Assembly (NCBI GenBank): GCA_958349535.1
Contig: CATWDJ010000003.1
Location: 103,261-167,260, forward strand
Reading direction: 5' to 3'
Source: an uncultured Lachnospiraceae bacterium
GTDB taxonomy: Bacteria > Bacillota > Clostridia > Lachnospirales > Lachnospiraceae
Length of the DNA stretch: 64,000 nucleotides
The notes below the pieces were generated by a model. It had not been told where the DNA came from, ran no database searches, and saw only the letters and a program-made list of their open reading frames with translations. The stretch's first letter is position 1. Each line of letters begins with the position of its first letter. The position numbers and the translations under genes were made by a program. Shown piece after piece: positions 48,900-58,587 of the stretch.

Positions 48900-50237
48900 C
48901 TATGCAGGCGTTTTTTTTGTGCGGTTTTTCCAGATGAGATAGGCTGCCATATTTGGAATCCCTGCCAGAACCCATGCGGCAGGACTGGCGAGACATACGG
49001 CTCGGTATCCCCAGGAGTCCAGGAAGAAGTAGATGACAATCACCCGTCCTACCAATTCCAAAAAGCCTCCAATCATCGGAACGATACCTTTTCCCAATCC
49101 CTGTAATGCTGTCCGGTACAAAAAGAGTATGGACAAAAAGAAGAAGAAAACCGAAATGGTTTTTAAGTATCGGGTGGCATAGGAAGTAACCTCCGCAGTA
49201 GGATTGGAAAGGAACAGTTTCATCATACTGCCTCCGCCAAAAACGCAGATGAGAGCCGCAAGTATGGTCAGCAGGATGGAGATAAAAAATGCTTTTCGCA
49301 TACCGTCATAAATCCGTTCATATTCTCCGGCTCCCAGATTCTGTCCGCAATAGGTAGACATGGTGGTTCCCAGAGTCGGCATCGGCTGTGTGGAAAGCTG
49401 TTCTACCTTCATAGCGGCGGTAAAAGAAGCTACGACGCTGGAGCCGAAAATATTTACCGCAGATTGCAAAATCATGGTTCCGATGGCGGTAATGGAATAA
49501 TTTAGAGCCATCGGAATACCGATTTTCATTAAATCCCACACCCCTTGTCGGTCAAAATAGTAATCCCCTCTGGTAGTTCTCAGAATTTCAAATTTCCAAA
49601 ACATATAAATTAAAGATAAAACGGCAGAAATGCCCTGTGCCAGAACAGTGGCATAGGCGGCACCGTCAGCTCCCATATGAAAGAAACGGATAAAGGTATA
49701 ATCCAGAAAAATATTCAACAGGGAAGAAAAAATCAAAAAATAGAGAGGGGTTTTGCTGTCACCGATACCTCTTAATATAGAGGAAACGGAGTTGTAAAAC
49801 ATGGTAACCATAATGCCCCAGAAAATAATTTTAACATAGGAATCTGCCATATCCAGAATATTGGCAGGGGTTTTCATAAAAATCAACATGCTCCGGGAGG
49901 TGGTAACCGTCAGAGCCGTTACCACTACAGAAATCAAAAAAGTCAGCATCAGGGACAAGGCTACATAGTGTTTTAAAAGTTTATAATTCTTAGAACCGTA
50001 GGCCTGTGCCACCATAACACCGAATCCCTGAGAGATTCCGATGGCAAAATAAAGAACCAGAAACATAATAGAGCCGGTGGAGCCCACCGCTGCCAGTGCA
50101 TCTTCTCCCAGATATTGCCCCACGATGATGGCATCCACCATATTGTAAAATTGCTGAAATATATTACCTAATAAAACCGGAAGCGAAAACCATAGAATCA
50201 GTTTCAAGGGACTTCCGGAAGTCATATTCTTTTCCAT
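48900..50237 (-). CDS. MATE-family efflux transporter
   Basis: 445 aa, 12 TM helices, N-terminal LILWFSLPVLLGNIFQQFYNMVD typical of MATE (NorM-like). AGGAG SD. Confidence 0.8.
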   Translation of the reverse strand: MEKNMTSGSPLKLILWFSLPVLLGNIFQQFYNMVDAIIVGQYLGEDALAAVGSTGSIMFLVLYFAIGISQGFGVMVAQAYGSKNYKLLKHYVALSLMLTFLISVVVTALTVTTSRSMLIFMKTPANILDMADSYVKIIFWGIMVTMFYNSVSSILRGIGDSKTPLYFLIFSSLLNIFLDYTFIRFFHMGADGAAYATVLAQGISAVLSLIYMFWKFEILRTTRGDYYFDRQGVWDLMKIGIPMALNYSITAIGTMILQSAVNIFGSSVVASFTAAMKVEQLSTQPMPTLGTTMSTYCGQNLGAGEYERIYDGMRKAFFISILLTILAALICVFGGGSMMKLFLSNPTAEVTSYATRYLKTISVFFFFLSILFLYRTALQGLGKGIVPMIGGFLELVGRVIVIYFFLDSWGYRAVCLASPAAWVLAGIPNMAAYLIWKNRTKKTPA

Positions 50238-50293
50238 GAGAACTCCTTTGTATCTAAAAAAATTGGAATTTAACTTATCACATGCCGTTCATT

Positions 50294-50313
50294 ATAGCAC
50301 AAAAACAAACTAT
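50294..50313 (+). promoter_or_regulatory. LysR-type regulator box ATAG-N12-CTAT (T-N11-A core) in the divergent MATE/LysR intergenic region
   Basis: atagcacaaaaacaaactat dyad between the divergently transcribed transporter and LTTR genes. Confidence 0.4.
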
Positions 50314-50347
50314 TGCCAAAACCAAAAAAAGAAGCTATGCTTTTACT

Positions 50348-51259
50348 ATGGACATTAATTTAGAATACTATAAAATTTTTTATTATGTAGGAAAAAAGAA
50401 GAGCATTACACTGGCGGCAGAGGAACTGGCTATTTCTCAGCCGGCGGTCAGTCAGGCAATAAAACATCTGGAAAGTAGTCTTGGTACGCCACTATTTGTG
50501 CGAACCTCCAAGGGAGTGCGTCTTACCACGGAGGGTGAGGTTTTGTATTCCTATGTAAAGAGAGGATACGAGTCCATCAAACTGGGAGAAAAGAAATTCC
50601 TAGAGCTGTTGGATTTGGAGGAAGGAGAACTTTGTATCGGTGCCAGTGACATGACTCTTCAATTCTATCTTTTGGAATATTTGGAAAAATTCCATGAAAA
50701 ATATCCCAAAATCCGTGTGACGGTAAAAAATGCACCGACGCCGGAGACTTTGAAAATGCTGCAGGAGGGCTTGATTGATTTTGGAGTGGTCAGTACCCCT
50801 ATCCGAAAACGGCTGGATTTAAATTTCCGCAAGGTACGTGATATTCAGGATGTTTTTGTAGTGGGAAAGAAATTCCGCTATCTGGCAGAAAAGAAGCTGG
50901 AGTATAAGGAACTGGAATCCCTGCCAGTGATGTGTCTGGAGGGAACTACCTCCACCAGAGCCTATGTGGAGGACTTTTTGCAGGAAAATGGAGTACAGCT
51001 GGTGCCGGAATTTGAGCTGGCAACCAGTGCCATGCTGTTGCAGTTTGCCATCAAAGGCTTTGGAGTAGCAAGCGTGGTGGAAGATTTTGCCAAGGATGCA
51101 ATGGAAAGGGAGGAGGTATTCCGCCTGCATTTCGAACAGGAAATCCCCAAAAGACATTTTTGTATCGTAACGGATGAAAAAATGCCTACATCTGCGGCTG
51201 CCAGACGTTTTTTACAGTTCTTGGAGGAAAACAGTACGCAGACAAAAGACAAGATATAA
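50348..51259 (+). CDS. LysR-family transcriptional regulator
   Basis: N-terminal HTH (ITLAAEELAISQPAVSQAIKHLE) and LysR substrate-binding domain. Start moved to MDINLEY... (the ORF track begins 66 nt earlier with no SD). Confidence 0.8.
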   Translation: MDINLEYYKIFYYVGKKKSITLAAEELAISQPAVSQAIKHLESSLGTPLFVRTSKGVRLTTEGEVLYSYVKRGYESIKLGEKKFLELLDLEEGELCIGASDMTLQFYLLEYLEKFHEKYPKIRVTVKNAPTPETLKMLQEGLIDFGVVSTPIRKRLDLNFRKVRDIQDVFVVGKKFRYLAEKKLEYKELESLPVMCLEGTTSTRAYVEDFLQENGVQLVPEFELATSAMLLQFAIKGFGVASVVEDFAKDAMEREEVFRLHFEQEIPKRHFCIVTDEKMPTSAAARRFLQFLEENSTQTKDKI

Positions 51260-51292
51260 GAAAAAATTATGACAAATATAAAAAAAATTGAT

Positions 51293-51321
51293 TTTACTTA
51301 TGGCAAACTTTCGTGTATAAT
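51293..51321 (+). promoter_or_regulatory. Putative purA promoter with extended -10 (TTTACT-N17-TATAAT, TG at -15/-14)
   Basis: Hexamers and TG motif read directly. About 100 nt upstream of the purA ATG. Confidence 0.45.
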
Positions 51322-51344
51322 CATAAAGTAAAAACGGAAAATTT

Positions 51345-51375
51345 GGCAGAGCGTTTTTACGCCCTGCCCTTTTTA
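51345..51375 (+). terminator. Terminator-like hairpin within the purA 5' leader (possible attenuator, or the late terminator of the LysR gene)
   Basis: ggcagagcg-ttttta-cgccctgcc stem-loop followed by CTTTTT. Lies between the predicted purA promoter and its SD. Confidence 0.4.
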
Positions 51376-51419
51376 TGCAATCAGATATTACATTTTATTA
51401 CTTATGGGAGGAACATAAA

Positions 51420-52697
51420 ATGGTAAAAGCAGTAGTAGGAGCAAACTGGGGAGATGAAGGAAAGGGAAAGATTACGGATATGCTGGCCAAAGAGGCAGAT
51501 ATTATCGTACGCTTTCAGGGTGGAGCAAATGCAGGTCATACCATCGTAAATGACTATGGAAAATTTGCGTTACATACCCTGCCGTCCGGTGTGTTCTACG
51601 ATCATACCACCAGCATTATCGGAAACGGAGTGGCGTTGAATATTCCGGTACTCTTTAATGAGATTAAATCCATCACAGACAGAGATGTGCCAATGCCGAA
51701 GATTCTGGTTTCAGACCGGGCTCAGATTGTTATGTCCTATCATATTCTGTTTGACCAGTATGAGGAGGAGCGTCTGGGAGGAAAATCCTTTGGCTCCACT
51801 AAGTCGGGAATTGCACCATTTTATTCTGATAAATATGCGAAAATTGGTTTTCAGGTCAGCGAAATCTTTGATGATGAACTGATTGAGGAAAAAGCGGAAC
51901 GTGTCTGTGAGCAGAAAAATGTACTGTTAGAGCATTTGTATCACAAACCGCTGTTGAAACCGGAAGAGATTGTGAAAGAGTTAAAGGAATACAGAGAGAT
52001 GGTGGCACCGTATGTGTGTGACGTATCCTCTTATTTATACAAGGCAATCCAAGAGGGAAAAAATATTCTGTTGGAGGGACAGTTGGGAACCTTAAAAGAC
52101 CCGGATCACGGAATTTATCCGATGGTAACCTCTTCTTCCACATTGGCTGCCTATGGAGCCATCGGTGCAGGAATTCCGCCATACGAAATCAAGAAAGTGA
52201 TTACCGTATGTAAGGCATATTCTTCTGCCGTAGGAGCCGGAGAATTTGTCAGCGAGATTTTTGGCGAGGAAGCAGATGAGCTTCGTAAACGAGGCGGTGA
52301 CGGAGGTGAGTTCGGAGCAACCACCGGACGTCCGAGAAGAATGGGATGGTTTGATGCGGTGGCATCTAAATATGGATGTCGTCTTCAGGGAACCACAGAC
52401 GTTGCTTTTACCGTATTGGATGTGCTGGGATATCTGGAAGAGATTCCGGTATGTATCGGATATGAAATTGACGGAAAAGTGACCACAGAATTCCCAACCA
52501 CAGCAATGCTGAAAAAAGCAAAACCGGTCTATGAGATATTACCGGGATGGAATTGTGATATCCGGGGAATTAAGAAATACGAAGACCTTCCTGAAAATTG
52601 TAGAAACTATATTGAATTTGTAGAACGTCATATCGGATTCCCGATTACCATGGTATCCAACGGTCCGGGCAGAGATGATATTATCTATCGTTCTTAA
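51420..52697 (+). CDS. purA: Adenylosuccinate synthetase
   Basis: GANWGDEGKGKITD P-loop, GGANAGHT, conserved throughout. SD GGGAGG before ATG 51420. Confidence 0.95.
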   Translation: MVKAVVGANWGDEGKGKITDMLAKEADIIVRFQGGANAGHTIVNDYGKFALHTLPSGVFYDHTTSIIGNGVALNIPVLFNEIKSITDRDVPMPKILVSDRAQIVMSYHILFDQYEEERLGGKSFGSTKSGIAPFYSDKYAKIGFQVSEIFDDELIEEKAERVCEQKNVLLEHLYHKPLLKPEEIVKELKEYREMVAPYVCDVSSYLYKAIQEGKNILLEGQLGTLKDPDHGIYPMVTSSSTLAAYGAIGAGIPPYEIKKVITVCKAYSSAVGAGEFVSEIFGEEADELRKRGGDGGEFGATTGRPRRMGWFDAVASKYGCRLQGTTDVAFTVLDVLGYLEEIPVCIGYEIDGKVTTEFPTTAMLKKAKPVYEILPGWNCDIRGIKKYEDLPENCRNYIEFVERHIGFPITMVSNGPGRDDIIYRS

Positions 52698-52698
52698 T

Positions 52699-52737
52699 AA
52701 AAAAATCTGATGGATTATTCTCCGTCAGATTTTTTTG
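52699..52737. terminator. Bidirectional Rho-independent terminator shared by purA and the convergent small membrane-protein gene
   Basis: atctgatgga / tccgtcagat stem (one G-U pair) flanked by an A-tract and a T-tract. Confidence 0.6.
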
Positions 52738-52954
52738 TGTCGTTTTTTTCCTCTTCATCGGAACCCTTTAACATCCGGTAAATAAAAGTATAAATCCAAA
52801 TCAGGACAGGAAGGACAATCGTACAATAAATAGAAACCTTCAACCAAGCCATAGCCTGAGGACTTCCGATGATGGCAAGTACCAGACTGGAAATATACAG
52901 TCCCGCCAGTAGGATTACCGTTAGAATTGCTAAAATCTGTTTTGCTTTTTTCAT
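52715..52954 (-). CDS. Small membrane protein (two TM helices, acidic C-terminus)
   Basis: 79 aa from MKKAKQIL... AGGAG SD on the minus strand. No family recognised. Confidence 0.4.
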   Translation of the reverse strand: MKKAKQILAILTVILLAGLYISSLVLAIIGSPQAMAWLKVSIYCTIVLPVLIWIYTFIYRMLKGSDEEEKNDTKKSDGE

Positions 52955-53071
52955 GGGGACTCCTTTCTCCATTCGATATTATATCATAAAAACTCCCTAC
53001 GGAAAATGGGAGGTTTTTATTGCATGGGAAAATGAAACATAGTAAAATAGTCCTAGTGAGGTTGGAAAAGA

Positions 53072-54829
53072 ATGGAGAATTTTCGTAAGATTCTGGATGG
53101 AATGAATACGGCAGCAATCTGTATCATTGAAAAAGAGAGTCATACAATTATATATTATAATCAGACGTTCAAAAAATTTGTACCGACGGCAGAAATCAGT
53201 CTGGGATGTTATGAAATCGGATTGGATTTTTGTGAGCAATGTCCGGTTAAAAGCTACGAGAAACAGACAAAAGAGGGCGGAGTGTTTTTACGGAACAGCA
53301 GATATTTTGGCGGTCCGGTGGAGATTATGGTAGATGAGATTATGTGGGAAGAGATGTTTCCGTCTTATATTATTACCATAATTCCCCAGATGGCATCCGA
53401 AGAAATCCGAGATTATTATATCCATGACCGGGCAATGGACATGGTAGTGGATAAAATATGTAAAGAAGCTATCTGCTGTAATCTTACGCAGAACACTTAC
53501 AAGAATTTCAAATGGGATGAGAATAACCGGTTTCAGTGTACCGGTGAAGGAAAAGTAGATGAGATTTTAGAAGAGCTGGTGAAAAGGATGCTTCCGGCAG
53601 ACCAGCGTCGTTGCAGAAAAGTAAATACGGCAAAGAAGATGGAGAGCTATTTTAGAAACGGTGGAAAATGTCTCTATGATGAATTGCAGTTGCAAACATC
53701 GGGAGATGACTACAAATGGATTTCCAATCGGGTACTTCCTCTGGCAAATATCGATAATGAAGACCAGATGGCAGTTATCATATTGAGGGATATCCACACC
53801 AGACGGAGTCTTCAGGAGCAGATGCGGCACAATCTGTCTGCTACTTACAAGGCAATCCCCGGCGGCGTATGCAGTATTATGTTGGACGACAAGCTGACCA
53901 TGATCAGTGCAAATCAGGAATTTTATAAAATGCTGGGCAAGCAGGAGGAGGACTATGCTGACGGCTATCTGGGACAGATTCATCCGAAGGACAGAAACCA
54001 GGTGGCTGAGCATGTTCATAAAATCAGAGAAAGCGGAGGAACCATTGATATTACTTATCGTCTTACCGATATACAGGGAGAAGTCCATTGGGTACAGGCA
54101 AGGGGCATTCCTTACGGAGAAGCAAACGGATATCCGGTCTATTTGATGCTTCGGACAGATATTACTCTGATTATGGCGGCACAGAAGCAGATTGAGGAGG
54201 AACAGGCAAAGTTCAAGCAGTATGCGGACAAGGTCATTGATACTCTGAGCAATTTGGTGGAATTCCGGGATGTGGATTCGGGGGAGCATATCAAACGAAC
54301 CAAAAATCTCACCAGAATTATGCTGGAATGTTATAATCGGAAGTTTCCGGAGCAGGCCATTGAAAAAGAGAGTATGGAAAAAATTGTTCTGGCATCAGCC
54401 CTGCATGATGTAGGAAAGATTACCATTTCGGACACCGTTTTAAATAAGCCGGACAAGCTGACAGAAGAGGAAATGGAGATTATGAAAACCCACACCGTCA
54501 AGGGTTATGAAATTATCGAGACTCTGGATTTAAATGAGGACGCACAGCAGAAGCAATACAGTATGGACATTGCCAAGTATCACCATGAGCGGTGGGATGG
54601 GAATGGCTATCCGGAACAGTTAAAAGGAGATAAAATTCCTTTTTGGAGTCAAGTGGTCAGTATTGTGGATGTCTATGATGCTCTGGTCAGTACCAGAGTT
54701 TACAAGGAGGCTTACACCCATGAACAGGCAATGGAGATGATTCTGAATGGGGAATGCGGAGTATTCAATCCGATCCTTTTAGAATGTCTGCAGGATACGG
54801 CGGAGCTCTTGAAAAATGAATACAAATAA
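53072..54829 (+). CDS. HD-GYP domain cyclic-di-GMP phosphodiesterase with N-terminal PAS-like sensor region
   Basis: HDVGKI...HHERWDGNGYP HD-GYP signature at the C-terminus. 585 aa. Confidence 0.75.
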   Translation: MENFRKILDGMNTAAICIIEKESHTIIYYNQTFKKFVPTAEISLGCYEIGLDFCEQCPVKSYEKQTKEGGVFLRNSRYFGGPVEIMVDEIMWEEMFPSYIITIIPQMASEEIRDYYIHDRAMDMVVDKICKEAICCNLTQNTYKNFKWDENNRFQCTGEGKVDEILEELVKRMLPADQRRCRKVNTAKKMESYFRNGGKCLYDELQLQTSGDDYKWISNRVLPLANIDNEDQMAVIILRDIHTRRSLQEQMRHNLSATYKAIPGGVCSIMLDDKLTMISANQEFYKMLGKQEEDYADGYLGQIHPKDRNQVAEHVHKIRESGGTIDITYRLTDIQGEVHWVQARGIPYGEANGYPVYLMLRTDITLIMAAQKQIEEEQAKFKQYADKVIDTLSNLVEFRDVDSGEHIKRTKNLTRIMLECYNRKFPEQAIEKESMEKIVLASALHDVGKITISDTVLNKPDKLTEEEMEIMKTHTVKGYEIIETLDLNEDAQQKQYSMDIAKYHHERWDGNGYPEQLKGDKIPFWSQVVSIVDVYDALVSTRVYKEAYTHEQAMEMILNGECGVFNPILLECLQDTAELLKNEYK

Positions 54830-54902
54830 GATATAATGTCCTACGTGGCATTCGCCGAAGCATTCCGAGGCAGAATACATAGCATCAAAATAGAGAATAA
54901 GG

Positions 54903-55418
54903 ATGGAAAGATATATGGCACTTTTAAAAGAATGGCAGAAAATTGCTTATGACGAAAATATGGACAAGGGAAAGCTGCAGCAGTTCTGGCAGAATTATTT
55001 CCTGTTGGAAAAGGGAATCTATGAGAAATTACTGGAAAATCCGGAAGAAGCAGTAACAGGAACTGTGAAGGAATTAGCGGACAAATACGAAATCAGCGTT
55101 TTGGAGATGACAGGATTCTTAGATGGTATCAATGACAGCTTAAAGGAGCCGAATCCAATCGAGACCATGGAAGAGGATACACAGGTAAATCTGGATTTTG
55201 ACAATGAGCTGCTTTACAAAAATATGGTAGATGCTAAAGCGGACTGGTTATATGAGCTACCGCAATGGGATGAGATTTTCACACCGGAGAGAAAGCACGA
55301 GCTGTATTTGGAACAGAAAAAGTCAGGAACCATCGTGAAGGAAGAGAAGATTTATCCAAACGATCCGTGTCCATGCGGAAGCGGCAAAAAATACAAAAAA
55401 TGCTGCGGAAGAAAATAA
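54903..55418 (+). CDS. SEC-C metal-binding motif protein
   Basis: C-terminal [19 protein letters not shown] zinc-binding motif. Confidence 0.65.
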   Translation: MERYMALLKEWQKIAYDENMDKGKLQQFWQNYFLLEKGIYEKLLENPEEAVTGTVKELADKYEISVLEMTGFLDGINDSLKEPNPIETMEEDTQVNLDFDNELLYKNMVDAKADWLYELPQWDEIFTPERKHELYLEQKKSGTIVKEEKIYPNDPCPCGSGKKYKKCCGRK

Positions 55419-55430
55419 ATAAAAAACTTC

Positions 55431-55459
55431 TTTACAGATAAAGAAAAAAAGGCTACAAT
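55431..55459 (+). promoter_or_regulatory. Putative sigma-A promoter for the thrS leader (TTTACA-N17-TACAAT)
   Basis: Hexamers with 17-nt spacing, just downstream of the SEC-C gene stop. Confidence 0.45.
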
Positions 55460-55465
55460 ACAGGC

Positions 55466-55760
55466 AGAATAAAATAACACGTTGAAGAGAAGAGTAGATA
55501 TCGAAAGTATGACAGAGAGAACCGCCGAAGCAAAGCTTCGAGCTGCAAGCGGTTTGATACGGAAGATATGGAAGACCACCTCGGAGTGACCCTTAATCGG
55601 GTACGGTGATTCCGTTATCATCAAAAGAGAGGCTTTGCATCTGTGAATATATGAAGATGGATTTCCCAGGATATATTTTATGGAGAGGCAGGGCAAGCAG
55701 GGTGGAACCGCGTGAGATACGTCCATGCATTACAATTTGTAGTGCATGGACTTTTTGTTA
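55466..55760 (+). ncRNA. T-box riboswitch leader (tRNA-Thr sensing) with intrinsic terminator
   Basis: T-box sequence agGGTGGaACCGCG at 55697-55716. Terminator stem tccatgca/tgcatgga (55722-55750) plus TTTTT. ACCACC (Thr codons) at 55585-55590 in the stem-I region. Upstream of thrS. Confidence 0.75.
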
Positions 55761-55855
55761 TGGCGACCGCTAATCAGAGCGAGATTCGCAAAGCGTATCT
55801 CGTCTCTGTTTTTAAAAATTTGTATGGATAGATGTATGAAAAAGGAGGACGAAGT

Positions 55856-56116
55856 ATGTGTAAGGTGAAGAAATTTGTGGAAACACTCACTGAAGAGACA
55901 ACAATGAGTAAAAAGGAATATGTTTTGACAATGACTACCTGCCTTTTGGGCGGGTTGGTAATCGGAATGTTATGCTCACCGAGAAAGTATACGAAAATCG
56001 GATGCGAAAACGGAAGCAATAACAGTAATAACAGAGTCAGCAATGACGAAGTAAAGCGACAGAAAGATTGTAAAAAAGAAAAGAGAAAAAACAAAGATAG
56101 AATAGGAGACAGATAA
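55856..56116 (+). CDS. Small membrane protein (one TM helix, highly basic C-terminal tail) inserted between the T-box leader and thrS
   Basis: AGGAGG SD 7 nt before the ATG. TM VLTMTTCLLGGLVIGMLCS. Tail KRQKDCKKEKRKNKDR. Stop is 1 nt before the thrS ATG. Confidence 0.45.
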   Translation: MCKVKKFVETLTEETTMSKKEYVLTMTTCLLGGLVIGMLCSPRKYTKIGCENGSNNSNNRVSNDEVKRQKDCKKEKRKNKDRIGDR

Positions 56117-56117
56117 A

Positions 56118-58082
56118 ATGAAAATCACATTAAAAGACGGAAGTATCAAAGACTACAGTGAAGCAATGAGTGCCTATGATATTGCCAGAGATATCAGCGA
56201 GGGACTGGCGAGAGCAGCTTGTGCCGTGGAAATCAATGGAGAGGTAAAGGATTTGAGAACCGTAATCGACGGAGATTGTGAATTGAACGTGCTGACTGCT
56301 AAGGATGCAGACGGTATTCGTACCGTGCGTCATACCTGTTCCCATGTGCTGGCAGAAGCGGTAAAGAGACTTTATCCAAATGCCAAGCTGGCAATCGGAC
56401 CGTCCATAGATGAGGGATTTTATTATGATTTTGAAGCAGAGCCGTTTTCCAGAGAAGATTTGGACAATCTGGAAAAAGAAATGAAAAAAATCATCAAAGA
56501 GGGAAATTGCTTGGAAAAATTTACACTTCCGAGAGAAGAAGCCATTGCATACATGAAAGAAAAAGAGGAACCATATAAGGTAGAACTGATTGAGGATTTG
56601 CCGGAGGATGCAGAGATTTCCTTTTATAAACAAGGTGAAGGCTTTACCGACCTTTGTGCTGGTCCTCATTTAATGAATACCAAGGGAATCAAGGTATTTA
56701 AGCTGATTTCTTCTTCCATGGCATACTGGAGAGGTGATTCTGACAAGGCACAGTTACAGCGTATTTATGGAACAGCCTTTGCTACAAAGGATGAATTGAA
56801 TGCATATTTGGAACATTTAGAGGATATCAAAAAACGTGACCACAATAAGTTAGGACGTGAAATGGAATTATTTACCACGGTAGACGTCATTGGTCAGGGA
56901 TTACCGCTGTTAATGCCAAAGGGTGCTAAGATTATCCAGACCTTACAGAGATGGATTGAGGACTTGGAGGACAATGAGTGGGGATATATCCGTACCAAAA
57001 CACCATTGATGGCGAAATCTGATTTATATAAGATTTCCGGACACTGGGATCATTATACAGACGGAATGTTTGTGCTGGGAGATGAGGAAAAGGATAAAGA
57101 GGTATTTGCCCTTCGTCCGATGACCTGTCCGTTTCAGTATTATGTATACAAAAATTCCCAGCATTCCTACCGGGAGTTGCCGCTCCGTTATGGTGAAACT
57201 TCCACCTTATTCCGTAATGAGGATTCGGGAGAAATGCACGGGCTTACCAGAGTTCGTCAGTTTACTATTTCAGAGGGACATTTGATTGTAAGACCGGACC
57301 AGATGGTAGAGGAATTTAAAGGATGTCTGGCATTGGCAAAGTATTGTCTGGAGACACTTGGAGTGGAAGAGGATGTAACCTATCATCTTTCAAAATGGAA
57401 CCCGAATAACCGTGAAAAATATATCGGAGAGCCGGAGGTTTGGGAAGAGACCGAACAGCATATGCGGGAAATCATGCAGGAGCTTGAGATTCCGTTTGTA
57501 GAGGATGTGGGAGAGGCTGCATTCTACGGACCGAAGATTGATATCAATGCAAAAAATGTATACGGCAAAGAGGATACCATGATTACCATTCAGTGGGATG
57601 CACTTTTAGCAGAGCAGTTCGATATGTACTATATAGACCAGAACGGTGACAAGGTACGTCCATATATTATCCATCGTACCTCTTTGGGCTGTTACGAGAG
57701 AACCCTTGCATGGCTGATTGAAAAATATGCCGGAAAATTCCCGACTTGGCTTTGTCCGGAACAGGTGCGTATCCTGCCAATTTCCGACAAATATGAAGCA
57801 TATGCCAGAAAGGTAGAGGCAGAGTTGAAGAAAAACGGTGTGCTGGCAACCGTGGATACCCGTTCCGAGAAAATCGGATATAAGATTCGTGAAAGCCGTC
57901 TGGCTCGGATACCATATATGCTGGTAGTCGGAGAAAAAGAAGAAGCAGAGGGAACTGTTTCTGTCAGAAGTCGTTTTGCCGGAGATGAAGGAAGTAAGAG
58001 CATAGAGATATTTATAGAGCAGATTTGTAAGGAAATCCGCACCAAAGAAATCCGCAAAGAAGAGACGGCGGAAGAAAAATAA
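56118..58082 (+). CDS. thrS: Threonine--tRNA ligase
   Basis: 654 aa. N-terminal TGS domain, class II aaRS motifs (FRNEDSGEMHGLTRVRQFT), C-terminal anticodon-binding domain. Confidence 0.93.
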   Translation: MKITLKDGSIKDYSEAMSAYDIARDISEGLARAACAVEINGEVKDLRTVIDGDCELNVLTAKDADGIRTVRHTCSHVLAEAVKRLYPNAKLAIGPSIDEGFYYDFEAEPFSREDLDNLEKEMKKIIKEGNCLEKFTLPREEAIAYMKEKEEPYKVELIEDLPEDAEISFYKQGEGFTDLCAGPHLMNTKGIKVFKLISSSMAYWRGDSDKAQLQRIYGTAFATKDELNAYLEHLEDIKKRDHNKLGREMELFTTVDVIGQGLPLLMPKGAKIIQTLQRWIEDLEDNEWGYIRTKTPLMAKSDLYKISGHWDHYTDGMFVLGDEEKDKEVFALRPMTCPFQYYVYKNSQHSYRELPLRYGETSTLFRNEDSGEMHGLTRVRQFTISEGHLIVRPDQMVEEFKGCLALAKYCLETLGVEEDVTYHLSKWNPNNREKYIGEPEVWEETEQHMREIMQELEIPFVEDVGEAAFYGPKIDINAKNVYGKEDTMITIQWDALLAEQFDMYYIDQNGDKVRPYIIHRTSLGCYERTLAWLIEKYAGKFPTWLCPEQVRILPISDKYEAYARKVEAELKKNGVLATVDTRSEKIGYKIRESRLARIPYMLVVGEKEEAEGTVSVRSRFAGDEGSKSIEIFIEQICKEIRTKEIRKEETAEEK

Positions 58083-58150
58083 GGAATGAATAAATCTCCT
58101 TTTCTTTACACACCCTAAAAAGGCAATAATAAAGAAAGGAGATTTTTTCT

Positions 58151-58465
58151 ATGACAAAATTAGAATGTTCTGTGGACAACTGTATGTACAATGAAGACCA
58201 GTGCTGCTGTAAGGGAGATATTCTTGTTACAGGAAAAGATGCGAAAAACACAAGCGAAACCTGTTGCGGAAGCTTCCATCAGCGTAAGGACGGCGGTGCC
58301 AAAAATGCCGTGGGTCATAAAAGTGAGACCATTGATGTGGATTGTGAAGCAGTAAAATGCAAGTTCAATGAGGCATGCAAATGCAGTGCGGATCGCATTG
58401 GTATCGTAGGAGGACGTGCAAAGAAGAGCTGTGACACACAATGTGCCAGCTTTTGTTGTCAATAA
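58151..58465 (+). CDS. DUF1540-family cysteine-rich small protein (two repeats)
   Basis: Repeated C-x-V-x2-C-x-(Y/F)-N-E-x-x-C spacing (CSVDNCMYNEDQCCC ... CEAVKCKFNEACKC). Confidence 0.55.
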   Translation: MTKLECSVDNCMYNEDQCCCKGDILVTGKDAKNTSETCCGSFHQRKDGGAKNAVGHKSETIDVDCEAVKCKFNEACKCSADRIGIVGGRAKKSCDTQCASFCCQ

Positions 58466-58509
58466 ATAGGGAATAAAGGAGAAACTTCACGAAAAAATTC
58501 TATATGCAC

Positions 58510-58538
58510 TTGTAAAAAGTGTTCATAAGAAGTACAAT
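58510..58538 (+). promoter_or_regulatory. Putative promoter TTGTAA-N17-TACAAT, bracketed by a 13-bp inverted repeat (58488-58500 / 58565-58577)
   Basis: Hexamers read directly. cacgaaaaaattc and gaattttttcgtg are exact reverse complements; the right arm abuts the GGAGG SD of the downstream gene. Confidence 0.35.
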
Positions 58539-58587
58539 GATAATATAATTGCAGTTGTACGAAAGAATTTTTTCGTGGAGGCATTAT

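Noticed and set aside
53567-54289. 240-aa minus-strand ORF
   Set aside because: Antisense within the HD-GYP gene. No SD and no motifs.
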